NCBI GenBank assembly: GCA_012295275.1
Contig: CM022679.1
Location: 29,202,001 to 29,266,000, forward strand
Direction of reading: 5' to 3'
Source: Chrysomallon squamiferum
Lineage: Eukaryota; Animalia; Mollusca
DNA length: 64,000 nt
Numbering within the stretch: position 1 is the stretch's first letter; each line of letters opens with the position of its first letter. The notes under the pieces were generated by a model. The model had not been told where the DNA came from and searched no databases. It saw only the letters and a list, made by a program, of their open reading frames with translations. This document shows positions 28,212 through 42,747 of the stretch, one piece after another. Position numbers and translations under genes: made by a program.

Positions 28212-29229
28212 GAAAATACTCAAAATAATAATAATAATAATTAAATAAATAAAACCACAAAATAACATTAGCATTTAAATGGCTTTCACATAATAATAAT
28301 AATAATAATAAAAAAAAGTAAAAAACAAAAGTTTCCGATTTTGAAAAACCTCATTACATTATTTCCTTCACGTCCCAATCAAACCCGGAACGTGAAAAAC
28401 TTGGTTCAAATCAGTGGGCCATTGTTGCAACTGAATTGTGGGAATGATTCAATTAATTACAAAATGCGTATACATGTCGAGGAGAATCTCGATGGCACGA
28501 GTGACAAAAGGATGAATTAACAAAAAGACTGAAACAATTTCCTAAATCTCAGACACTTTATTTCACAAACTGTCAGCTGTACTGCTGTCGCTAATGGTTT
28601 CCATTGTCCACTGGGAATATCGATGTCCGCGGTGGTCACTGATAGCCAGGGCTGTCCAGTTTGTTTCTGCTGCTTTTTTTTTTTCCTGACAATGATGGAC
28701 ACAGATAAATAGTCCAGTGGGACGGTTGTTGTGCTGTTTGTAAACCAGCCTGGCTGCTGGTCACTGAGATAGTCAGAGCAGTGTTACTTTAATTAATGAT
28801 GCACATGAAGGAGATATGATTGTGTTAGTGGTCAGTTATGGTCAGTTAATGATGGACATAAAAAGAATTATGTAGATGATGGCTGTGGTCAGTAAGGACA
28901 CACAAGAAAGCTCATGAAATGACAGCTTTATTTTTATCATCATCATCATCATCATCAAAAATCTGAATTTTTAGTTATAATTATTAAGGTTATTGTTAGT
29001 GGCATTGTCATCATCATCATATCATCATCATCATTTTATTTTCATTATTTTAATATTGTGATTATTACTGGTACTGCTGCTACTAGTACAATTAGTATTA
29101 TACATTTTACAAGTGTATTTTATGCATATACACACATTCAGATGCACACACACACATACAGATGCACACACACACACACACACAATTACACAGATTTTTG
29201 TCCTTTTATATCCATATAGTCTATTTAAT

Positions 29230-29264
<35 letters not shown>

Positions 29265-29286
29265 CCTCCCCCTCTCTCTTTCTCTG

Positions 29287-29362
<76 letters not shown>

Positions 29363-29365
29363 CTC

Positions 29366-29482
<117 letters not shown>

Positions 29483-30113
29483 TGTCATTCAAATATAACA
29501 GAAAAGTGTCTTTATTATTCAAAATTTTAAATCAAGTGTAAAGTTAAATCATCATCTTTCATATTCCCACTTTACTCACTGACAAAGTTAACAGTTGTAT
29601 TCACTTATCAGTGTAAATTCTGTCCAAACGTCTGTCCATATTTAAACTCTCCCACTAACCCTTTGTCTTCTCATACAGCTCATCATCTTACACATATTTC
29701 AAATCATTTTCCTGTCAGCCTCTCACCTCACATATCTCTTTCACCTTGTGCCTATTTTTAACACTGTGGAGTGATTTTGAGTGACCACTGGTCAGTGTAA
29801 GTGAAGTGCAGAAGTCCAGTATTGATATACTGGTCAATTTCCCATGCCGAATGCATTATTAAAATAATCTAATATTTCTTCATTACGAGGTCAGTATTGA
29901 ACTTTTACTTGTTTCTTGTCAGATAATGGCCAAAGCTGACCACTGGTCATCACGAGTTCCTGCTGGACAATCAATGATCTGCGAGCGAGTGTGGCCAGTG
30001 TCTGCATGTAAACGGATTATTAAATATTTAATAATTGCTGGGTATTAATCAGAGTTATTCCGTACTGATAGATTTACAAGTCTTCTCCTCTCACTTCAAT
30101 CAGTGTCAGACTT

Positions 30114-30184
30114 AGATCCAGGGGCAGATCCAGGGGCAGATCCAGGGGCAGATCCAGGGACAGATCCAGGGGCAGATCCAGGGG
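30114..30184. repeat. 12-bp tandem repeat AGATCCAGGGGC, about 6 copies
   Basis: Visible directly. One variant copy, AGATCCAGGGAC. Confidence 0.95.
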
Positions 30185-30604
30185 AGGGGCATTCAGAAGT
30201 ATTTAGCATACAGATGTATCTGTGTTCACATGTTATGTATGTGCACATACACTTTTTTAACACAATTTCTTACACATAGTTATATTGTATTTTCCAGAAA
30301 GATATATTTATAAACAGTTTTATTAACTGAAATATAATTTATAAAAATAATAATAATAATAATTATAATGGTAATAAAAAACAAAACAAAAAACAAATAT
30401 ATAATAATAATAATATTAATAGTTGTTGTTGAATTAATAAAAAAACAATTACAACAAAATAAAAATAATTAGAATAATATTTGTTGTAGTTATAGTAGTA
30501 GAAGTAGTATTAATTCCATTATTTAAAATTAAATTATGAACACAAAACAAACAAGAATGAAACTATTTAAAAAAAAAATAAAATAAAAAAAAACTTACAA
30601 TGAC

Positions 30605-30798
30605 AACAAAAAGAGATGAATATCTTTAATAATAATAATAAAAAAAACTAAAATTTTAAATTATTTGTGATTGAGGTAATTGATCTGAAAGACTACAACA
30701 ACAACTACAACAACAACAACAAAAAGAAGTGAATACTTTAATAATAAAAAAAACTAAAATTTCAAATTATCTGTGATTATTGAGGTAATTGATCTGAA
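30605..30798. repeat. Two-copy local duplication of about 80-85 bp
   Basis: AACAAAAAGA..TGAATA.CTTTAATAAT..AAAAAAACTAAAATTT.AAATTAT.TGTGATT..GAGGTAATTGATCTGAA at about 30605-30689 and 30718-30798. Confidence 0.9.
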
Positions 30799-31799
30799 GT
30801 CTGTCTGTGAGTGTCAGTGATCAGAACGCAAGCAGACGCAAACCAGCTGAAGCAGACGTGGAATTCGCCCAAGCAGAAAGCAAACCACCTCTCTGAGTAC
30901 TCAACTTCTGCTCAAATCTTCTTACAGTTCCACTATGAAGCAACCAATTAACTGAGACACCGCACAAAATGAGAGGATTATGAAATACAGAAAAAAGTAT
31001 TTAAAAAGAAGAAGAAGAAGAAGAAGAAGAAAAAAAAGTTAATCAGATTTATGTATGAGATGAAAACTAATCCAGTTAAAGCCAAAAACCAGGGACCATA
31101 AAATTAGATAAAATGAAAATGTGTCTGAAAAATTAAATGGTGAAAATAACAAGAAGAAGAAAGAAAGAAAAAAAAAAAACAAGAGAGAGAAAAAGTGTAG
31201 AAGATGAAATTGTACTGTGATCAGAATAAAATGAATATTTAATGATGTCACTGTGTAGGTTATAGTATCAGGTATTGGGTGCAAAAATGAATAAAGAATA
31301 TTTAACAGACAGTGAAGTCACAATTTAGTGGGTTTCATGACAAAGTAATACAAAATAAGAAATTGTAAACACATCATAAACACAAAAATATGCATACACA
31401 TACATACACATACATACACACACATATGCACACATGCATGCAAACAGACAAACATACACACAAACATACACATTTATAAAAACTAATTATAAAAAACAAA
31501 AACATCATGAAAATTCCTTTTTCTTTAAATAACATCTTATTTCTTTAATTCATCATCATTTCAGAACCTGTTTCTTCTTCATGTCATACTTTATTTATAA
31601 AAAATAATAAAATAAAAGATAGAGAGAAAGAAAGAAAGAAAAAAAGAATGAAAAAAGAAATTAAACAAACCTTTTCATTCAACTCAAACCTCTTCATTCA
31701 CTGACTTTCTTTGTAAACAGTTTTTAACACCAATTTTCCTCTCACCAACAAACTTGACCCAGAAAACAATCTTCCTTTATTCACAAACAACCCCCCAAC

Positions 31800-31834
<35 letters not shown>

Positions 31835-33117
31835 AAAACCTTGGGGGAACCATGGGCAAAAAAAAAAAAAAAAAAAAAAAACCCAACCTAACAACAACTT
31901 TATTAAATCAGAACTTCTTAAAACCCCACATCATCTTTTCACCTACAAGAAAAATGGGGGAAAAAAAAAAAAAAAAAAATGACAACAATGGCCGTGTATA
32001 AAAAGAAGTGAAAGAGGAGCTGGCTGACATGATGCCTTTAATAGACTTGTGAAAAGGGCTGGAGTGGCTGCCTTTAATGGCTTTATGAACAGGGTGACGC
32101 CACTGTGTTTGCTGTTTGGTATTCAGTTCTTCTGGCTGAGACTGAATTGCCTGGCACAAGAGTTCATTACATGTCACTAATAAACAAGGTTTCCTGTTAC
32201 GTCTGGTTTTGTCGTTGTTGTTGTTGTTGTTGTTGTTGACAGCAGTTGTCGCAGACAGACAGATAGACCGTCAGACAGACATGTTTGTGAAAGCATGTCA
32301 GAGTTAAGAGTTTGTTTGTTTGTATAACTCTTCTCTCATACAGGATGTTTTTTGTTTTTTTTAAATAATAATAATAATAATAAATTTAAATTGTGTCTTT
32401 TTGTCTTTTTTTATTATTATTAATACTGCTGTTATTGTTATTATTATAATTTTTTTTTTAACAATTTTTGTTATTATCATCATCATTTCTTGTATTATTA
32501 TTATTAGTAGTAGTAGTAGAATTATTATTATTATCATTCTTATTATGATTATTATTATTATTATCATTATTATCATCATCATTTCTTGTTTTATTTTTAT
32601 TAGTAGTCATAGTAGTAGTAGTTGAATTAATATTACTATCATCATTATCATTTTTCTTCTTCTTCTTCTTCTTATTATTATTATTGTTGTTAGCATCATA
32701 ACTGAACTGCTAATGTGTCAAGACTGTTTACACAAATTTACTTCACTTTCCATCGTCCGACACCTCTAATGGTCATCAGAAACTCCAGAGAATGGTCAGT
32801 ATTGACCGCTAAGAGGCTTTCCAGATAAAGCTGTACTCCTGTGTATGTACACACAAACGTGAACATCAGACAGTAATGGGTTTAAACTTTCTGGTTACAA
32901 ATGTGGCAAATGTTTTTATAATTTGTGAGCAATATTCACAAGTTTCAACTATTATTGCGAAGTAATGTTTGTTTTAAAGTGTGAAGTTTATTGTATTTTT
33001 AGGTATTTTATCATTTAAATAGTTGTTTAATTTGAGATGTACATATGTGTACACAGACACACACACAGGCATTCATACACATATACTTAGATACATACAT
33101 TACATACATATATACAT

Positions 33118-33152
<35 letters not shown>

Positions 33153-33167
33153 TACTACACACATACA

Positions 33168-33240
<73 letters not shown>

Positions 33241-34684
33241 TGTGTGTGTGTGTGTGTGTGTACACCTGTTTATTCATGAAAATCTTATCAAATATTTCAA
33301 GCTCTTTCACACAATATATTTTTCCATTATGTATCTTTAATGGCTGATATTAATATACATAAAATTCTTAAAATTTCAAATCTACATCTTATTTTAATAA
33401 TAAAGAAATGCCGGGGAAAAAAAAAAAAAAGGAAAAATGTTCTCCTATTACAACTATAAAATTTCAGAAAAAAAACCCACCACCAAACAACCTGTTATAT
33501 TTTCACAAATATTTTTTTTTTTGTATATATTTTTAAAGAAATTTTAAACAAAAAATCTAGCAATACCAAGCACACACTGGTTTTAAAAAAAGAAAAAGAA
33601 AAAAAAAATCCTCAACAACATAAAGATCTCCAGCACTTTGCATTTTCAACATAGACTCGTATTTCAAACACAAACTCACTCATGTTTTTAAACAAAAATG
33701 ACCTTCAAGAAAAACTGGAAAACCACCATCAACATTCAAACCATTCACCTTTGCAGTTGTGATAGCAGTCATTAATAATGAACAAACTCGCATTCCTTTC
33801 ATTTTTTTTTTTTGGCACAGGTAACACATACTTGTTTATCCACAAACCTGACTGCCCAGTGACAGATTTTCGCTATTAATTTACTCTCTCTGTCCATTGT
33901 GTAAGCATGAGGCATTGATAGTTAATGAGACAGCACCTAAACAATTTCACTACAACAGCCACATCAGCAACATCAGCCTTTCTGACTGTTACAAATAGAG
34001 ACATGCAATTTTTTTTTAAAAGCATTTGACACAGAATGTGCCTTGTTACAGGGATAGCATAGCAGCCAACCGATGTTGGCAAACTTCCTTCCTTTGTGTG
34101 AACGGTTAAGTCTGGGTTTTAAGACTGCTAGGTGCAAGGATCAAATGCTTGTACTGACTTATTTACCTATTTTATTCTGGAGATCTGTACAAGGTGATTA
34201 AAAGATGTTTTTAATAATTTTTACATTAAAAAAAAAAAAAAAAACATTTTTCATTTCACCTATTATTTGTTTTTTTGTTTTTTTGAACATTTTTTTACAT
34301 ATCATAATCACTATTTATTTATTTAATTTAATTTTGTATTATTATTATTATTTTTGAAGTAACATTTTAATAAAAAAAAGTTCAGTATCATGAAATTAAT
34401 AAAATCACAACAATAATAACTGTAGTAGTAGTAGAAATACAAATAATAAGAACAACAATAATAATATTAATATGGTGATATTAATAATAACAACAACAAC
34501 AACAACAATAACAATAACAGTAACAATACTAATAACAGCAGCAATAACTGAAATAAGTGAACAAATTAAAACAAAACCGAAAGTAAAGAATTTCAAGATG
34601 AAAGAAAGTAATAAAAACCAGGCGAGCGTGAAACAAACGATCATCAGCCGATGCTGTTACATAATTCATGTAACCGTGACAACA

Positions 34685-34703
34685 GTGCTGCCCTCTGGTG
34701 GGC
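34685..34703 (-). promoter_or_regulatory. CTCF-like motif (minus strand GCCCACCAGAGGGCAGCAC)
   Basis: Close match to the CTCF core CCACCAGRGGGCRSY. Directly adjacent to X-box-like GTAACCGTGACAAC (34670-34683). Motif match only. Confidence 0.5.
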
Positions 34704-35066
34704 TGTGTGCTGACTGAGGCATCACCTCGGAGTGTTTGGACATTAATAATTCAGTTACGACGTGCGAGAGTTTGCTGTGAAGTGTGTAGGTACAAACAGC
34801 AGACTTGTAGCTAGATGTGTTTTGTTTGTTTATTTGTCGGAGAACATGAGTGAATTATTCAGGTTACATAACACAGCAAGCTGGAACTGAAACACTGGGC
34901 AGAGTGAATGAAGAAATGTGGGTGTCTGGGTGTGTGTCTGTTTGTCTGTGTGTTTGAGTGTGTGAATGAGTGCACGTCTGTCTGTGTGTTTGTGTGTGTA
35001 CGAATGTACCTATTTATCACACTGTCAATAACATTGAAGGTGAAATAAGGTGTCACTTTTACAAAA

Positions 35067-35164
35067 GATGTCACTACTTGTCACAAGATGTCACTACTTG
35101 TCACACAATGTCACTACTTGTCACACGATGTCACTGCTTGTCACACGATGTCACTACTTGTCAC
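35067..35164. repeat. 20-bp minisatellite GATGTCACTACTTGTCACAC, 5 copies
   Basis: Near-perfect tandem units, visible directly. Confidence 0.95.
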
Positions 35165-36347
35165 GCAGGTCTGTATAACAAGTGTCACAGAACTCAGTAC
35201 ACTGTGAAACAACTCTTTGTCAGAGTGACCCAGACAAAAGTATAACCAATGGTTATGGATGAATGGATGATCGGAAACTGCAACCTGCTGTCGTGCATGA
35301 ATAAACACAAAGTAAAATGTTCAATGTTTTTAGTCACACGTCACTGAAGATTATAAAAATGTTGAATGTTGACAGAAGATTATAAGAATGTAACCGATGA
35401 TGTCATGCGTGAAAGAACAGAAGAATACCATATCTCACTGCTGATTTAAAATGTAACCAATTCTAATGTCATACTTTGACGACAATATTAAAATGTAACC
35501 AACAGTAATGACAATGATATTAAAATGTAACCAGATCTGATTCAAAAATGTTGTTACATTCAACAGTTACAAAGGAAACTGTAACCAACTGCTAATCCCA
35601 TGGAGACAGAAAATGAAACAAGTTTTCACGCATGAGTGGTGACAAATTATTACTGTGTCATTATTACCCTGGACAGAATAAAATATGTAACCAGTCTTAA
35701 CATGCATATGTCACTAACTCTCTCTCTCTGTTGCTCTCACTCTGCCCCCTGTCCTCCCTCCCAGGTGGGTGCAGAAGGGTTAAAGAGAGTTGTCGCGCCT
35801 CAGTGAACAACATATTACTTTTAAACTAATCACCATATCTGAATGAACGGTCACACATGAACACACTTGGAGGAAACTGAAGTTCACTAAAAAGTAATGA
35901 ATTAGCTTTTGACCTACAAACCAATAACAGTAAAAAAAAAAATTATAATAATAATAATAAAAAAAATATATATAAAAATAAAAAAATAAATAATAAAAAA
36001 ATATACATATAAAAAAAAAGTTCTCAACAAAACTCAGGGTTCTGATCATGATCCTGTTTACTGAATCGTGAAATGGAAGTTATTATTTAATTTTTTAAAT
36101 ATTTTTTTTTTTTTTATTTATTTATTTTTTTTTTTTTTTTTTTTTTGCCTGTGAGAGAATGTATACAGTAAATTTACATTAATTTATGAAAAAAAAACAG
36201 TTTTGCCTGCAGACTTTTTTTTTTTTTTTAATAATCCAAAATGTCCCTGGCATTAAAAACTAGACATGTTTATGTATTTTGTGATTTAATAAATAAATAA
36301 AATAAAATAAAATAAAATAAAATAAAATAAAATAAAATAAAATAAAA

Positions 36348-36393
<46 letters not shown>

Positions 36394-36795
36394 GCAGAAG
36401 AGCTTGCACAGTCTTGTAGAATTTGTTTTAAGAATCATTTTGGGGTCCAAATATGGATCGTAGTATAATCTGATTTGTTTTAGTTTATTCTGTTCAGATG
36501 TTAATGAGACAAACAAACAAACAAAAAATCATTAAAACAGTTAATTGATTAACAAATTATATAATCTAATTTATGCACCGCAAGAGAAGTGTGACGACAC
36601 TGCTAACACTGTTTTGATGTTTTGTTCTTTTGTTGTTTTGATGTTTTGATGTTTTGTTGTTTTGTTGTTTTGACATTCTGCTTGTGAAGTAATCAGCACG
36701 TTTATTAAACATTTATACAAGCAAATATCTGTGTTTTTTATTCAACAGTCTATGATCCATTTATGTAAACCTACCTGAACCTTTGAACTGAGATT

Positions 36796-36842
<47 letters not shown>

Positions 36843-37333
36843 TTGTTATTGTTATTATTGTTATATGTTATTATTACATATTTATTATTATTATTTTTTT
36901 TTTGTCGTAATATTTTACTAAGTATTCTTCTTAAATGTCTTTGAATTTTACTTAACTTAAGATAATTTTTAGCAAATACAAAAATTCACTGTGTTTATTA
37001 TGAAGTGGTCATCCACAGCTTCCTCATTTCAACCAACACCATTTCCAGCCATCTTTTACAACTACCGCAAAGTCCTGTCCACATAACAAAGGTGTCCTTA
37101 TTGTTCAGCGTGTTGGATTACTGAGGTTTACGACAACACACACACACAAACTCTTAAACTGTCTTCCCCGAGAGATGCAGAGTTGTTTCAGTTAACGACT
37201 GAGCTGGTTGTCTTAGAAACACATAATGTCCACTCAGAGTGACCACACTGACCATTTCACCCCACCACTGGACAACACTAATCAACCAGTGCAGCTTAAT
37301 GACTGGAGAAACATGACTGACCAAAACCCCCAC

Positions 37334-37470
37334 TGGTCATCAAGACCATTGTCCACTGGTGTCAGAGCTTGCGTGTATTATGACCATCAAGACCTATGTC
37401 CACTAAGTCAGTGTTTGTGTACATTATGGCCATCAAGACCACTGTCCAGCAAGGTCAGTGTTTGCGTACA
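37334..37470. repeat. Three-copy degenerate tandem repeat of about 46 bp (TGGCCATCAAGACCA.TGTCCAC...GTCAGTGTTTGCGT)
   Basis: CATCAAGACC recurs three times at 46-47 bp spacing with similar downstream sequence. Confidence 0.85.
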
Positions 37471-37764
37471 TCGTGTACCAGTGAAGTGGACAGTTCTCTC
37501 TGTATTTTCATACGTCTTGGTCATCAGTCAACAAGGGATTTGACCAGTGGTCATCATGATTTTAGTGTTTGAACATGTCACGTAAATTGCTGTGGAAAAT
37601 GGGGTAAGGGTCAGGAGAATTAAACAGAAAGCAGAGAAAGTAGGTTTGTTTGTTTGTTTGTATTCCTGAGCTCTTGTTTAGAATGGGATAATAACTGATA
37701 AAGAGACATATTTGTTTTTAAATTAAAAAAAAATCCAACCTGTTCATAAAGCAATTCAATATCT

Positions 37765-37801
<37 letters not shown>

Positions 37802-37840
37802 TAATAACAGTAATAATAGAAGTAATAGTAGTAGTAATAG

Positions 37841-37882
<42 letters not shown>

Positions 37883-38165
37883 TGATGATAATAATTATCT
37901 CTATGATGATAACAATTATAGTTATTGCATAGATTAAATATATATATATATATAAATAATTAATTAATTAATAAGACGAAGAAGACAAAAAAAGAAGTTG
38001 AAGATAAACACGAAAAGGAATCAACATCTACACAACCGAACAAAACACAGAAAATAAAACTCAAAAACAAAGTCGTCAAAATACGTTTCCACTAAATCAG
38101 TAAACAATAATAATAAAAGAAATAAAAACTAATCCAAATCAAACTGCTTGATGGTGACAATGTCC

Positions 38166-38211
38166 CGTAAACACCACGTAAACACCACGTAAACATCACG
38201 TAAACACCACG
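38166..38211. repeat. 11-bp tandem repeat CGTAAACACCA, 4 copies
   Basis: Visible directly. Each unit contains GTAAACA. Confidence 0.92.
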
Positions 38212-39190
38212 AGCCTCCACAGAGGCGCCGGACACTTCGCACCAATGCATTGTGGGATAAACACAAAGAGACAAATTTGAAGCAAACAAGTGTGGCGTGA
38301 GATCAAAGGAAGTTATCGCTGAGTTGTCCGGCAAGGTCACCATTCAGCTGACCACGGCGCTGGCCAGCTAGGCGCGACACAAAGAACAGTAAACAGTTTA
38401 CTCAGAATGTTATCTTTCTGTCAGGCTGGCTGTGTGGCGAGCAGGCTCTAATCAGACAGAAATAATCAAACAAACTGAAACCTAAATTACAAATAGGTCA
38501 GAGAACTTGCCTGACACTCGGCAGAATCCAGGCTCAAACCTCCCAGTCCCCTCACTTATCAAACACTATTTTAGGCTACTAGTAACTAGAAATGTATCTG
38601 CTTCAAATCAGTTATTTCCCAATCTGACCAGTAAGTACTCTGGTACGGGTTTATGGGAAGGTATATGTCATGATATTCTTTCCTACTAGAGAGAAATGTT
38701 TCTTTTTAGTTTTTATTTTTATTGTTTTTCTGTTTTTATTTTTTTGCTTATAATTATAATCCAATATAAAAATTAAGAAAACAACAACAATAGTAATAAC
38801 AAAATTATAATTAATAATCATAAGAAGAACAATTATGATTATTAATTATTATTATTATTTCTGTGTTAGCTGAAATAATGAATCGAGGATTTAAATTAAT
38901 CATTAACTGATTCAGAAAAAAAAAAAAAATAAAATAAAGAACTTTTAATTCATTTTGTTTTAGATACATTACCAACTTGACATTTAGTTTTTGTTTTGTT
39001 TTTCAACCAAATGAAAGAAAACGAGCAAGAGAGATAGAAAAATAATAATTACTTTTTAGTAATTAATTATGCACTGAAACAAAACTTGTAAATAATGACT
39101 GCTGCCAAAATGCAGTTTGATAAAACTTTACTTTTTTTGACTAAATAAATAAAAAGGAAAAGGAAAAGAAAAAAATTTAAAAAAAAAAAA

Positions 39191-39285
<95 letters not shown>

Positions 39286-41416
39286 TAATATAATAATAAT
39301 AATAACATAATAATAACAATAATAATAACAAATTATAATAATAATAAATAATAGTAAACAAAACAAGAGAAAGAGATAAAACTAAAATGGACGTAAGGAA
39401 TGAAGAGCTTATCCTCTTCAGACGAGATTAACAACCTGACAGCCACACAGTCTGTCTGTCTGTCGTCTGCACAACACTGGCAGACGCCAGACTGTGAGCC
39501 TCATCTCTTCTACCACGTCTGCTGTAAGCACATGGACTGAAATGTACGTACAATCAATCAGAGCCTATCCACTGCACGAATCAATCGTGTACAGATCTGA
39601 GAGGAAGCCAGCGACTACGAGCAAGAACACATTTTACACTGGCAGGGGTCTCAACCACACTTTCTGAGAACTGTTTTACTGCGTGGGCTTTTTTCTCTCT
39701 CTCTCTCTCTCTCGAAGTTTGAGGATGTGGTTTTGTTGTGAATACTTATTACTGGTCAGGTTTTATTAGTTGCCATTCACAGAAATGTTTTCAGTTTGTG
39801 GAAGGAAGGAGTGAAAATAGAAATGGGAGCCAAGAGAAAATAATTATGGATATAATTATATAAATAAACTTTTTCCAAGCAACTAAAAGGTATGTGGAGA
39901 TTTTTTTTTTTAACTTCATGTTGTGAAACCTTTTCACACACACGCACACACATATGCACACACACATATATATTTATATATGTATATATATGGGATGTTA
40001 TTATAGTTTTAAATAAAGAAATGTCTTCACAGGAAATGTTTAATATCTGTTGAGGTTTTCTTAGTTTATTAAGAAATTTAAACCATCTTCTACAGAGATG
40101 TAATGTTTTACTTTTTTTTTTCTTTATATGTGTGTGACTGAAAGTTTGAAAGAGAGAGAGGCAGACAGAGAAAGAAAGAAGGAGAGATGCAGAGAGAATA
40201 GTGACAGAAAGAAAGAAAGAGATCCATTAGCTGAATTTTTTCACAGAATTTTGTTAGTCTTTATTAACAAACTTTGTCAGGGTTAACAAGTGTTTTCATG
40301 CTTCTACAAGTTTGAAATAACATCTATTATGGAGTGTCATACTCAAAATTATTATTATTTTTTATATTAAGATTAGTAATAATAATAATAATATGAAACT
40401 CCATAATAATAATAATATTATTATTAACTACAATTACAACATAATAAATTTAAAAAAAAAAGAAAAAGAAAAGGAAATCTTCCCAATTACTTAATTGGAT
40501 ATAAAGTTAGTCCAAATTAACTGGAAAAGGAAGCCAATAAGTCAGTAATAGCAGTGGTGAGGAAAGCAGCATGTACTTAGTACTAATTGGCCAGCCAATG
40601 GCATTCATTGACTTGTTAATTAAGCGGATCACTGCTCCTGTGTTCTTCTGGCTCGTTGTAAATGTTTGACGCAAAGCTAAACAAAGTTGACTGAGTTCAG
40701 ACTGGCAAAACAAAAGGATGTCACAGGCTGACTGAAGTTTGTGCTGTTCATTTAGCCAATTAACATGACCTGTAGCTTGTCAGAGGATTCCTGGACCGGA
40801 GCACGTGCCATTTAGGTGGAATTCACACACATACAAATATGATGTTTTTACTGTCGGCCATTTGCATTTTGTTAAAATATTATAATTCATTTTTTTTTCT
40901 TCTTCTTCTTCTTTTAATTTCCTTATTTATCATTATAATTTATGTGGTCTGTTTAATTATTTAGTTATTAAATAATAAAATATTTATTTATTTATTTATT
41001 ATTATTATTTATATAGTCTTTTTAATTATTGCCTATTTGACTTTCTGTAATAATGCTTCATTACCTTAATGATAAATGTAATATGAGATATTTGAAAAAC
41101 TATATAGATTATTTCTTTTAAAAATAAACCTGTAATATAACAAAACTGAAATATAACTAAATTGAATTAAGCTCTCCAAAGTTTATAATAAAAAAAATAA
41201 AAAATAAAAAAAAAATACAATTATTACTATTACATATCTTTTATTTAAAAAAATAAAAATAAAAAATAAATAAATAAATAAATAAATAAATACAAATTTT
41301 ACAATTAAAAAAAATATGTTATTAATAGAATTTTGTATTTATTTTATTTATTTATTCATTTTTAATTATTTATTGTTATTATATTTTTAAAATATTTCTG
41401 TAATCTGAAATTGACA

Positions 41417-41458
<42 letters not shown>

Positions 41459-42358
41459 CAATGATAAAAAAATAACAACAACTAATAATAAAATAACAGT
41501 AACAACAATAATAACACAACAACACTAACAACCACAATAATTAAATTAAATAAAATAACAATGCTGTAAAAAAAAAAAAATCTATCACTTGAGGGTGCTG
41601 CTGTTGACAAAAGAGGTAATTTAATGACGACTGTTACTAAACACTGTATCCTTGCACACAACAACGTCCACGTAAGTCAACACGGCAGAATGTTTTCACC
41701 CCAGCGCTCATGAAAGGTGCTGTCTGCTATCAGTTCACAGGCAGATAAAGCAGTGACAAAAGAACAAGTCCTACCCTCGGTCGAGTTTCAATGGAGTTGA
41801 TTGGATTCACGGTCTCAAGCCACACTTCACAGATAATCAGTTTGTCTGCCGTTACGAGAGAGAGAGATCATGTAAATGTGTGCGATGTGCGTGAGATGGG
41901 CAATGTACTCTGTGATGTGTTGATGTGATGTTGCGAATATGATACGAAGATGTGATGATTTGTGATGTGTCAGTTTGATTTTTTTTACTGTGTGACATGT
42001 GTGTGTGTGTGTGTGTGTGTGTGATTTGTGATTTGTGATGAATATGATAGTTTGTGATGTATCGGATATTTATAATACATAAACGTCACATAATGGTTCA
42101 ACTTCCTATCACATTAAAAAAAAAAAAAAAAAAAAAAAAAAACTGGGGTTAAAGCATGCTTGTAATGGACGAGACCTCTGACATCTGCTGTCTTTGGGGA
42201 CAAAACACAGAAGGATCAGTTCTGTTTGTGCTCTGGCTCACAACCAAAGCAGCAACTGGCAACACCTTTGTTTTCCTCCAGCCTGTCTTCTCAGCCACTG
42301 GCAGAACAAATTAACTTTAACAACAACATGCAAACTTGTTACTTAAACATCCTCCATC

Positions 42359-42747
<389 letters not shown>

